Source: a virus. Taken from it: a DNA stretch of 64,000 bases. This document shows, piece after piece, positions 56,694 to 64,000 of this stretch. Within the stretch, counting starts at the first letter, position 1. Every line of letters begins with the position of its first letter. The DNA lies in IMG/VR virus record IMGVR_UViG_3300032240_002045, positions 33,994-97,993 of that record; one strand, 5' to 3'. A program made the position numbers and the translations under genes. Below the pieces are notes generated by a model, which worked only from the letters and a program-made list of their open reading frames with translations, was not told where the DNA came from and made no database searches.

Positions 56694-58409
56694 TTATTTT
56701 TCGTAGTCTTTCGAAACCCTTCGCTGAGGAAGTTTGGTTCCGTAAGCTTCAGTTACTAGGGAATTACGCAATACGTTTTCCCCTTGTTGGGCCATCATGT
56801 CGGCCCCATCTAGCAATGGTTTTTCCATTGCAGCCCCCATAGGGGTTTGTCCGTCAGGCATTCCGCCACCTTGAGCCATGCCTGATGCGCCTTCTGGCAT
56901 CATTGTGCCGGTTAGCTGCATAATCTCTTGTTCAATCTGTGTTTGAATAAGCTTTAATGCGCCATCCGCACGAGCATCATCAAGAAGCTCTTGACGAATT
57001 TCGTGTAGTTTTTCTGTTGGGAACTCTTCTCCAAGAGTGCGAAGTGCACCTTCTTTAGATTCAAGGCCAAGTGAAAGCATTGATTGAACTTCGTTCAAAG
57101 CAATTAATTTATCTAGCGGTAGTGGCTGTGGGAAGTGCGCATAAGAGCGATAAGTAATTGGGTCCTGTGGGTCTAAGCGGTCGTACTGCCCAGGCTTTAA
57201 TGGTGTATCTGTATCAGGGTTCCAGATGAATGTTTCTGGTTCTTTAACAGCAAGGCTACGAATAATAATCTCGTTAACGCGCTCTAGTCCGTGAGCGTAT
57301 TGAATAATCTTCTGGTGGTATCGGTTCATCAAAGGCTGGAATTGAATAGCAAGTGCCACACCTGATGTGTTTGAAATAGGCTGTGCTTGACCCAAAGCAG
57401 TCTCTGGAACACCAATCATTTCGTGCATAGTCTTCTTAAGCATTGCTAAGAATTCCATTGCACCCTTAAGGCCTTGAGCTCCGCCTTCTAGGTTTTCGAC
57501 CTTTGCATCTTTAGGAAGCCCGCCCCATACTTTATTAGCGCCCTTTTCAAGCTGCGAAGCCTTAGCTCCAATAATTACCGTTACTGGCGCAGCGTGGTAA
57601 TTAACGATGTCAGCGATATCTGTAGCAGTTTCATTATAAGTACGATTAATATTAATAATGTCATTGCAATCGCTAAGACCCCAAGGGCTACCGCTAATGC
57701 GGACGTTAGCAATATGAATAATGGGAATAATGCCAAGCGGGTTAGGGCGAGAGTCAATGAGTTCGTCGTTGATGTATTCTTCAATGATGTCATCTGTAAG
57801 AATTTCTGTGTAAGTAAATACTTGGCGGGTACCTTCAAGGGATGTTCCCCAGAAACGATACTTGAGTTTAAAACGAATTAAACGTTCGCGGTCATGAGGG
57901 TGAAATTCTGGAAATGCAAAAGAAGAGTTTAAAGGCAGAACACGAACTCGACCCGGATGAGCCAAACCTGCTGGATCTGTGTAACCTTCTTCGTAAGCAA
58001 CTTTAATAAAACAGTCGCCTGATACGGAACCTTGTTGACCAATTTCCCACAATACTGTGGCTTTATTGTTATCTACTTCCCATACCCGCTCTAGCAAATC
58101 TGGAATGATTGCCTCTGTTGCTTTAGGGCTACGAAACTGTACGCCTTTACCAAAGGTAAAATTAATTACAAAGTCCGTAAATGCGCGATAGTAATTAAGA
58201 ACCATCTGCGCTTCGCCTGTTTGACGGCGGTAAGAATAGTGATGACCAAGGTACATTGCCCAGTTAAGGGAATAGCGATTTAAACGAGGACCGTGTACTT
58301 CAAACTCTTCATCCGCAAGCTCAACAAGTCCCAATGGAGATATGGAGATTGTTAGGTCAGAGGAGGCTGCGCGATAACTCGGAGGCGAGAAATCAATACC
58401 GCTCACCAA
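56694..58409 (-). CDS. Portal protein (SPP1 gp6-like)
   Basis: NYYRAF.D, NPLG.IP..H, SGVAL and LS..T/G..L motifs; position. Confidence 0.88.
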   Translation of the reverse strand: MVSGIDFSPPSYRAASSDLTISISPLGLVELADEEFEVHGPRLNRYSLNWAMYLGHHYSYRRQTGEAQMVLNYYRAFTDFVINFTFGKGVQFRSPKATEAIIPDLLERVWEVDNNKATVLWEIGQQGSVSGDCFIKVAYEEGYTDPAGLAHPGRVRVLPLNSSFAFPEFHPHDRERLIRFKLKYRFWGTSLEGTRQVFTYTEILTDDIIEEYINDELIDSRPNPLGIIPIIHIANVRISGSPWGLSDCNDIININRTYNETATDIADIVNYHAAPVTVIIGAKASQLEKGANKVWGGLPKDAKVENLEGGAQGLKGAMEFLAMLKKTMHEMIGVPETALGQAQPISNTSGVALAIQFQPLMNRYHQKIIQYAHGLERVNEIIIRSLAVKEPETFIWNPDTDTPLKPGQYDRLDPQDPITYRSYAHFPQPLPLDKLIALNEVQSMLSLGLESKEGALRTLGEEFPTEKLHEIRQELLDDARADGALKLIQTQIEQEIMQLTGTMMPEGASGMAQGGGMPDGQTPMGAAMEKPLLDGADMMAQQGENVLRNSLVTEAYGTKLPQRRVSKDYEK

Positions 58410-58469
58410 ATCCCCCTTCTGTAATTAACATGCGTAGTTTAGCACGAATGTCGACAAACCGATAAGACG

Positions 58470-58781
58470 TTACTTACGGAAGCCTTCGCCAGCTACCATC
58501 CCACGACCTACGGGTTTAGTAACCTTTTTCTTTTGCATAGCTTCTTTTTTATCTTGTTCTTCTTTTACATAATCTCTAAAACGTGGGTCAATTTCTTTTT
58601 TAGACTGCACATATTTGCCGCCCATTTGATTGTACTTAGTATGAACCCAGTGCGCTGCGGCCGGTGAAGGGTATTTAGCAAATCGTGATTTAGCTTGAAC
58701 AACAATACTGTTATACATTTTTGGATTTGCAGGTAACTGCGTTGGACCTTCTTTTACTTCTTGACCTCTAATTAGAGCCAT
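58470..58781 (-). CDS. Basic hypothetical protein
   Basis: PANPKMY..AKSRF..YPS..W....Y...GG.Y; AAAGGA RBS. Confidence 0.7.
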   Translation of the reverse strand: MALIRGQEVKEGPTQLPANPKMYNSIVVQAKSRFAKYPSPAAAHWVHTKYNQMGGKYVQSKKEIDPRFRDYVKEEQDKKEAMQKKKVTKPVGRGMVAGEGFRK

Positions 58782-58853
58782 TTAAATTCCTTTGGTAAAG
58801 AGGGCCCAACCCCCGCGACGTATTCGCCGTACAAACGGGGGTTGGAAACCTAA

Positions 58854-59252
58854 TTAGTCGTTTACTACTGCTGGGTTTGCAGCTTTTTGATTAGCGCCAT
58901 TACGGAAAACGCGCTCAATCTGGTTATCGCCATAATCGGCAAATCCGCCTGCAGCAAAATCTGAAAGACTTGCTGGAGCTTCTACCCATGCTGCTGAACC
59001 AACATGTGCGCGTTCGCGCATTGTCTCTTCTGCAGTCTTTGTGTGAACAGCCTTGTTACGGTTTGGACGACCTGCAGCTGGCTCGTAACCCTGCATAGCT
59101 CCATTTGTAAATTCTGCTGGAACATCTGTATCTGTTGCGAGACCTTCTTCGAAACGAAGTGGGCCACGTTGTCCTGGAGTCGCAGCTGAGAACTTACGAT
59201 CGTAAGTATTGCCTGGACGCTCCGCGAACTTTGGATCTGGTGCAATTGCCAT
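58854..59252 (-). CDS. Hypothetical protein
   Basis: AGGAG RBS; ORF. Confidence 0.7.
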   Translation of the reverse strand: MAIAPDPKFAERPGNTYDRKFSAATPGQRGPLRFEEGLATDTDVPAEFTNGAMQGYEPAAGRPNRNKAVHTKTAEETMRERAHVGSAAWVEAPASLSDFAAGGFADYGDNQIERVFRNGANQKAANPAVVND

Positions 59253-59332
59253 TTATTTACTCCTAAATTGGTTTGAGGACCTCGTGTAAAAGTGTCCTAC
59301 TTTTGAGGTTCATTAACAGGCTAAAGTGATAA

Positions 59333-60928
59333 CTATCTATAAAACGGTGATGACGACATTTCGACAGAGGGCATAGTCAGATCGATAGTTAACGAGCAAG
59401 CGATAGCTAAAGAATCCGCAAAATCATCGTGAGCGTGGGCTTCCTCGGGCGCATGTGCCAAGAAGTTAGGACCAGTAAATTTAGTCTCTAGGTCCGTCAT
59501 TTGTTGGTAAAAACGCTTCCAAGTACGAAGGCGGCGAGTTTTTGCATGAGCCGGCCATCCCACCATTCTACGATCAAGCAAAGCTTTAAGGTGTTTCCAG
59601 CGCTTAGATTGTTCTGGTTGACTACTTCCAATAGCGTGAACTTCCGCCCTTGGTAACAAAAGTTTAAGGCGTTGGGCTACCGCATCGCCAACACCGTTAG
59701 CGTCAACCCCCACAGCAAGCACATCGTAGTTAGAAAGAAAGTTAACAATTTGGAAATATTGATCTTCCCAATCATCGCCTTGAATTTCCATCCAATTAAG
59801 TATTCGGTGGTCAAAGTAACCAAATTCGTCTGGGCGATCCCAGTCAACCCATACAACGGTTACAACAGTAGAGTCAAGTTTACGCGCAGGGTCAATACCA
59901 ACAACTACAGGAGAACGGTGCCAAGCCTTGACTATTTCTTGAGACGTATCACCAAGTTCATCCATAACTGCGGATGTGACAAACATACCGCGCTCAAGTA
60001 ACCACTTGTTAGAGTACGACATTTGGAACTCGTCCGAGTCCTCGCCGATACGCAACATCTCTTTTTTAATGAACTTACCGTAGTTAGCGTTGTTCTTAGC
60101 TACTTCCCGCCAGTCCCATTCAAAGTGGTTTTGTCTGGATCCTCGACCTGTCTGGCGTCGCTTGTTTAATTGGATAGATCGGTAAAAATTATTTTTGTGC
60201 GTGGTAGGTGTGCCTGTCTTAACCATAGTTCCTGAGTAGTACGCAAGCATTGGGGATATTGACTTTGATACTACAAAGTCATCTGCCTCTTGACACTCGT
60301 CAATAACAATAAGATGGAAAGACTTAGATTCAATTTTTGCGCGAGGGTTTGCAGTCATCATCATTAAAGATGAGCCTGAGTTCTTTAACTTAATTTGGCG
60401 GGTTACTCCCGGCACTTTTCCAAGAGAGTCATCAATCTCTGGATCTCCCAAGATCTCTAGTGCACGCTCAGATGTAAGGCGATTTACTGTACGACCAAAG
60501 AGAGTTTCTACCTGGCCCTCAACGGGTGCAAACATTCCAATCCAGACGCCGTTCTTAAACTTACCTAGAAGGTCTGGGTACATGCGTGCCAGGCGTGGCA
60601 AAAGAACCATAAGCGTAGCCACGGTGTTTGCGATTGTTTCTGACTTACCTGACTGGCGTGCCGCTAGCGCGGTTACTTCTTCACCGTCGTTAATAATTAC
60701 AGACTCAATAACACGCCTAGCAAGCGGCATCTGGTATGGGTGAAGCTCATGGCCTACAAGGGCTGTCATGAATTGAATACAGCGGTCTACAATCTTTTTG
60801 ACAAACTCTTTAGATAGTTCGTCGAGTTCTTCTTCCAGATCTTCTTCAGGCGCTAAGTCCTCTTCGTCAGGAAAAAACTCTTCGTCATCTTCGTCTACTA
60901 ATATCGGTTGGTTGTCCATGTTGTCCAT
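59333..60928 (-). CDS. Terminase large subunit
   Basis: LHPYQ, ARQSGKSE, IVIDECQ, GTP, VGIDPA, VDANGVG and HDDFADS. Confidence 0.95.
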   Translation of the reverse strand: MDNMDNQPILVDEDDEEFFPDEEDLAPEEDLEEELDELSKEFVKKIVDRCIQFMTALVGHELHPYQMPLARRVIESVIINDGEEVTALAARQSGKSETIANTVATLMVLLPRLARMYPDLLGKFKNGVWIGMFAPVEGQVETLFGRTVNRLTSERALEILGDPEIDDSLGKVPGVTRQIKLKNSGSSLMMMTANPRAKIESKSFHLIVIDECQEADDFVVSKSISPMLAYYSGTMVKTGTPTTHKNNFYRSIQLNKRRQTGRGSRQNHFEWDWREVAKNNANYGKFIKKEMLRIGEDSDEFQMSYSNKWLLERGMFVTSAVMDELGDTSQEIVKAWHRSPVVVGIDPARKLDSTVVTVVWVDWDRPDEFGYFDHRILNWMEIQGDDWEDQYFQIVNFLSNYDVLAVGVDANGVGDAVAQRLKLLLPRAEVHAIGSSQPEQSKRWKHLKALLDRRMVGWPAHAKTRRLRTWKRFYQQMTDLETKFTGPNFLAHAPEEAHAHDDFADSLAIACSLTIDLTMPSVEMSSSPFYR

Positions 60929-60939
60929 AGTCTAGAAGA

Positions 60940-60971
60940 AAACAAAAAGCCTGGGCGTTTAAACCCAGGAC
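60940..60971 (-). terminator. Intrinsic terminator
   Basis: CCTGGG-TTTAAACG-CCCAGG-CTTTTTGTTTT. Confidence 0.75.
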
Positions 60972-61007
60972 CTTTTGGTGCCACCATACGGGGAGATGAA
61001 GAGAGGC
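60944..61007 (-). ncRNA. Candidate ~64-nt small RNA
   Basis: Own TAGACT -10 (61014-61019), C/U-rich 5' segment, own terminator. Confidence 0.4.
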
Positions 61008-61036
61008 GAGCGTAGTCTAACACAAAGTCGACAAAT

Positions 61037-61279
61037 CTATTTAACGGATCTTTTGTAAAGCTCTTCCACAACAGCATGCAAAGCCTCGGCACCTGTACGG
61101 GCCTCTTCTAAATAGAATGCTTCCCTGCTTTTGGTATAACCAGAAAGACAACGACCCACTTCATAGATTGACTGATCAATCCACATCTCTAACTCTGATG
61201 TAGGGATTCTAGAAACCCGTTTTGCAATTTTTTCTGGAAAAGGCTTTGTCCAAGCTTCTTTGTTAAAAAGTTTCATCAT
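61037..61279 (-). CDS. Hypothetical protein
   Basis: ORF overlapping its neighbour. Confidence 0.7.
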   Translation of the reverse strand: MMKLFNKEAWTKPFPEKIAKRVSRIPTSELEMWIDQSIYEVGRCLSGYTKSREAFYLEEARTGAEALHAVVEELYKRSVK

Positions 61280-61553
61280 ATGCCCCGTCCTCTGGTTTCC
61301 ACGCTGTTCTAGATTTCATAGCCTCAGATAATAGCTTATCGATTTTATCGTCATCATCCCAGTCAATATCGGGGCGATTAACCCACAACCCAATATAAAA
61401 CCCTGGGTGTGTGAAAGGCAAACGGAATACTAAACACTTGCCCTGTTTAAATGGCATTTCCGTTTCTTGGGTGGTTCCTATTTCAACAATAGGCAAAATC
61501 TTTCTATGCCAATATTGAAGTGTTCCTACGTATAGTGGTCCGTATGTTTTCAT
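61263..61553 (-). CDS. Hypothetical protein
   Basis: TAATG coupling. Confidence 0.7.
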   Translation of the reverse strand: MKTYGPLYVGTLQYWHRKILPIVEIGTTQETEMPFKQGKCLVFRLPFTHPGFYIGLWVNRPDIDWDDDDKIDKLLSEAMKSRTAWKPEDGAYDETF

Positions 61554-62035
61554 TAATATTTTGAAAAGAACTCCGCAGCTGTAAAGTTTCTTAAATCAAT
61601 CTTACCATTATTGGCTTGAATTCTATCTGAACGCGATGCGTTGTCAGCTAACCGTGTTTTGGCTTCTGTAGACATTGTTGATAGATCTGCTGGGCCCATG
61701 TCACCCCAGGTATCTAAACCTGAAGATTTTAAATATTTTCCGGTTGATGAGGCGTTTTGAATACCAACCCACATGTTTACTGGAACGTTTCGGTATTCCC
61801 ACCAAGTGCCGTCTCTAAATACAATATACAAAATATTGGTATTTGGGTTGTAACCAAGGCTTTTAGCTCTTGGCCTATTTGGGTTACTAGTTGGAGCGGT
61901 TTCCATCTTAGTGCCTGCTTCCGTAATTTCACGGGGTATTACAGACTTAAACTTAGCAAGCTCTTGAGCCGCATCATCAAATCGCTCTTTCATACGAGCT
62001 TTTTGAAGTTTGGTTGGTCTAAAGTTATCCGCCAT
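61553..62035 (-). CDS. KTSC-domain protein
   Basis: GYNP....LYIVFRDG..WEY.NVP...W.....A.STGKYL. Confidence 0.85.
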   Translation of the reverse strand: MADNFRPTKLQKARMKERFDDAAQELAKFKSVIPREITEAGTKMETAPTSNPNRPRAKSLGYNPNTNILYIVFRDGTWWEYRNVPVNMWVGIQNASSTGKYLKSSGLDTWGDMGPADLSTMSTEAKTRLADNASRSDRIQANNGKIDLRNFTAAEFFSKY

Positions 62036-62298
62036 TATTCCTCACATACGTGGTGTTGAGTTTCCGTCTCCAAAACTCTAACAAAGCATTTTGAACAACG
62101 AAGGTGTTTTGCAGGTTTAAATTGGTTTTGTGCAGTTGACCCTAAAGCAAATCCAGCACCGTCTTCAGCTAACTGCGGTTCATAATCTTCAACAATTTCT
62201 GGTTCTCTAAAAAGTTCCCGCGGGAATGGTCCTACAGGATCCATAATATGAGAAGGTACTGAATGTACTTGAACAGCTTGGCGCTTAGTTACTCTCAT
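62035..62298 (-). CDS. Hypothetical protein with C2H-C Zn motif
   Basis: CSKC...HVC. Confidence 0.7.
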   Translation of the reverse strand: MRVTKRQAVQVHSVPSHIMDPVGPFPRELFREPEIVEDYEPQLAEDGAGFALGSTAQNQFKPAKHLRCSKCFVRVLETETQHHVCEE

Positions 62299-62491
62299 CT
62301 ACAGGCGCTTCCGCATCTGTCTTTTTCTTAGATGACTTTTCTACAACAGGCGTTGCAAGGGGAAAGTGGTTTGCGCTTGCTCTATCTTGTAGCCAATATG
62401 GCAAGCAAGTTCCGCAATAATCCACCGGATTAGCTCCTGGATCAGCGACCGTGTACACCGCTTCTGCTTCGCAGTTAGCGCATTTAATCAT
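62285..62491 (-). CDS. Small Zn-finger protein
   Basis: CANC...YCGTC; AAGGAGG RBS. Confidence 0.75.
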   Translation of the reverse strand: MIKCANCEAEAVYTVADPGANPVDYCGTCLPYWLQDRASANHFPLATPVVEKSSKKKTDAEAPVDESN

Positions 62492-62533
62492 ATAAGCCTC
62501 CTTGACTTCATGGAAAGTTTACCGCATAAAAGC

Positions 62534-62559
62534 AAAAAGGGCGGCCGTAGCCGCCCTTT
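62534..62559 (-). terminator. Intrinsic terminator
   Basis: AAAGGGCGGC-TACG-GCCGCCCTTTTT. Confidence 0.8.
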
Positions 62560-62573
62560 CACATTAATAACTA

Positions 62574-62825
62574 CTACTTCTTAGCTGCCTTCTTGGTTGT
62601 CTTAGCCGCCTCATTAGCTAACGCATCTCCAACAAGCTTTGATACCACACCAAAGGCTGGGTCTTTAGGGTTGATAGCGCGTAGGGCTACTGGAAGCGTT
62701 GAAGCTAGGGCAGCGATAGCAATTGACTTAACGTCATGATTTCCTGTTGCGTACACTGCTGTGGCTGCTGCTAGAAATGAACGCCCGTATGAGGCCAACA
62801 TTGCTTTAATTTTTGCTTGATCCAT
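62574..62825 (-). CDS. Holin-like membrane protein
   Basis: LASYGRSFLAA..LRAINPKDPAFG with basic tail. Confidence 0.65.
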   Translation of the reverse strand: MDQAKIKAMLASYGRSFLAAATAVYATGNHDVKSIAIAALASTLPVALRAINPKDPAFGVVSKLVGDALANEAAKTTKKAAKK

Positions 62826-62842
62826 TTGTATCTCCTTAGTTG

Positions 62843-63064
62843 TTATTCGCCGAGTTTAGCCTTGAGTACCAAAAAATTAGTTTTAAGGTCTGTCAAGTCT
62901 TGGCGGGTGTCATTCATCTGGTCTTTCATAGAACCCCCGCCATTTTCATACAGTTGGTATTCAATTTTGTCAAGACGTCTTTCAAGGCGTAAAATGTACT
63001 TAATAGCTGCGCCCGTTTGTGCTAATAAAAATAACGCAATAGTGATCTTATCACTTGCTGACAC
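62843..63064 (-). CDS. Membrane-anchored coiled-coil protein (lysis-module type)
   Basis: N-terminal TM; NGGGSMKD motif. Confidence 0.65.
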   Translation of the reverse strand: MSASDKITIALFLLAQTGAAIKYILRLERRLDKIEYQLYENGGGSMKDQMNDTRQDLTDLKTNFLVLKAKLGE

Positions 63065-63133
63065 GTGGATACCCGTTCTGTAGAAATGTCGAGGAAAAGA
63101 CTAGCACAGAATGGTTCTCCAAATAAAATCACA

Positions 63134-63209
63134 GTAAATGTGTATAACTTCTATGTAAATGTTAATAACATGTGGATAACTTGTCATATTAAAAAAAATA
63201 TATTTTTTA
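63134..63209. other. DnaA-box cluster plus AT-rich tract (candidate origin)
   Basis: TGTGTATAA at 63139, TGTTAATAA at 63160, TGTGGATAA at 63171; A/T-only run 63186-63209. Confidence 0.55.
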
Positions 63210-63212
63210 CGC

Positions 63213-63243
63213 TTGACAGGGGTTGTAAAGCCCGTGCTAAGGT
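63213..63243 (+). promoter_or_regulatory. Sigma-A-like promoter
   Basis: TTGACA-N19 with extended -10 TGcTAAGGT. Confidence 0.6.
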
Positions 63244-63298
63244 AGTTAATGACATGGCCACCAGCAATGGTGGCTTTTGCCTACTGAGAGGAGCAGCG

Positions 63299-63841
63299 AT
63301 GCTCAATATCAGAATTAATCTAACGATTAATCTAAAAAAGGTGTTTGCGGGCGGAATGGTAGCTTTTATGTTACTGGCCCACCTAATTACACCAGCGTAT
63401 GCTTTAACAGCTGTTGTAGAGCCTGTGGGGACCGAAAAGGTTGTCACTGTGTCTCTTACACACTTAAAAGTTAGTACGACTAAGAGCCAAGCTAAGAAAG
63501 CCTTAGCTAGCCCAAGCGTAAAGTATTTTGATGCTGAAGCGCTTGCATTCCTAACTGTATATACCCAAGATTGGTCTATAGCAGAATGGAAGTGCTTACG
63601 TAACATTTGGACAAAGGAAAGCCACTTCAATCCAAAAGCGGAAAACCGATCTTCAGGTGCTTACGGTATTGCACAATTTATGCCTTCAACATGGGGCAAC
63701 TACAAGGTCACTAAGACCACTAGCGCAGCATTACAAATTAAATACGGACTACATTATATTAAGAAAAGATACGGGAGCATAAATGACACCACAGGTGCGT
63801 GCAACGCGTGGAGATTCTGGCAACAGAAGGGCTGGTATTAA
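63299..63841 (+). CDS. Exported lytic transglycosylase (SLT/Rpf-like)
   Basis: GAGAGGAG RBS; signal/TM segment; CL..IWTKES.FNPKA.N.SSGAYGIAQF; YIKKRYG..CNAW.FWQ..GWY. Confidence 0.9.
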   Translation: MLNIRINLTINLKKVFAGGMVAFMLLAHLITPAYALTAVVEPVGTEKVVTVSLTHLKVSTTKSQAKKALASPSVKYFDAEALAFLTVYTQDWSIAEWKCLRNIWTKESHFNPKAENRSSGAYGIAQFMPSTWGNYKVTKTTSAALQIKYGLHYIKKRYGSINDTTGACNAWRFWQQKGWY

Positions 63842-64000
63842 TAACGCTCCGGCGTTTGACGGCAGTCAACCTTGTATATCACTGGACTTAGCTGTGTTTT
63901 TCCCCGATGATCGGGTAGAGGAAGCTAAAGCAGCACGAGAACTTAAATCTGTATGTAAAACGTGTAAGTTCCAAACCGCTTGTTTAGAGTGGGCGCTTGA
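63783..64000 (+). CDS. whiB: Second WhiB-family protein, truncated at the window edge (start uncertain)
   Basis: FDGSQPC....VFFP.....KSVCKTCKFQTACLEWAL. Confidence 0.85.
   Translation, partial: MTPQVRATRGDSGNRRAGINNAPAFDGSQPCISLDLAVFFPDDRVEEAKAARELKSVCKTCKFQTACLEWAL

Noticed and set aside
60898-61092. 64-aa ORF spanning the sRNA region
   Set aside because: It crosses a promoter and a terminator, overlaps both neighbours out of frame, and has no RBS
61037-62491. Terminase small subunit among the genes upstream of terL
   Set aside because: No recognisable motif, so left unassigned
663-63083. Plus-strand and alternate-frame ORFs in the track (e.g. 9603-9989, 27988-28440, 42107-42589)
   Set aside because: They are shadows of well-supported minus-strand genes, with no RBS or motif support
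63065-63298. N-terminal extension of the transglycosylase ORF
   Set aside because: It covers promoter and DnaA-box DNA; a strong RBS supports ATG 63299

Overview
This window is a 64-kb stretch of a low-GC tailed dsDNA phage with a contractile (myovirus-type) tail. The host is most likely an actinobacterium: there are two WhiB genes, TANNNT promoters and leaderless starts. The low GC (judged by eye) would fit freshwater acI-like hosts, but that is inference. Almost everything is on the minus strand. In order of transcription (right to left): holin-like and small genes, terminase, portal, scaffold, N4-gp56-type major capsid, neck, about 18 kb of fibre/decoration genes (including a tandem six-copy paralog family), five tiny basic proteins (three Cys-rich), an eCIS-like tail/baseplate module, replication genes (initiator, DnaC-like loader, DnaB, primase, dNMP kinase, SNF2 helicase, SSB, PolA), recombination genes (RecA, two resolvases, Cas4-like nuclease), and accessory genes (SpoVS, Hsp20, tRNA-Asn, metallophosphoesterase). 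At about 63.1 kb the strand switches to a lytic transglycosylase and a second WhiB. Non-obvious signals: a probable +1 programmed frameshift (UUU-CGA) in the tail chaperone; phased DnaA boxes beside an AT-rich tract at the strand switch; a candidate ~64-nt sRNA with two-site complementarity to the transglycosylase leader; a Gp5-OB protein with a 13-His insertion instead of a beta-helix spike; metallothionein-like micro-proteins; and a structured RNA trailing the tRNA. All functional calls come from motif recognition by eye, with no database searches.
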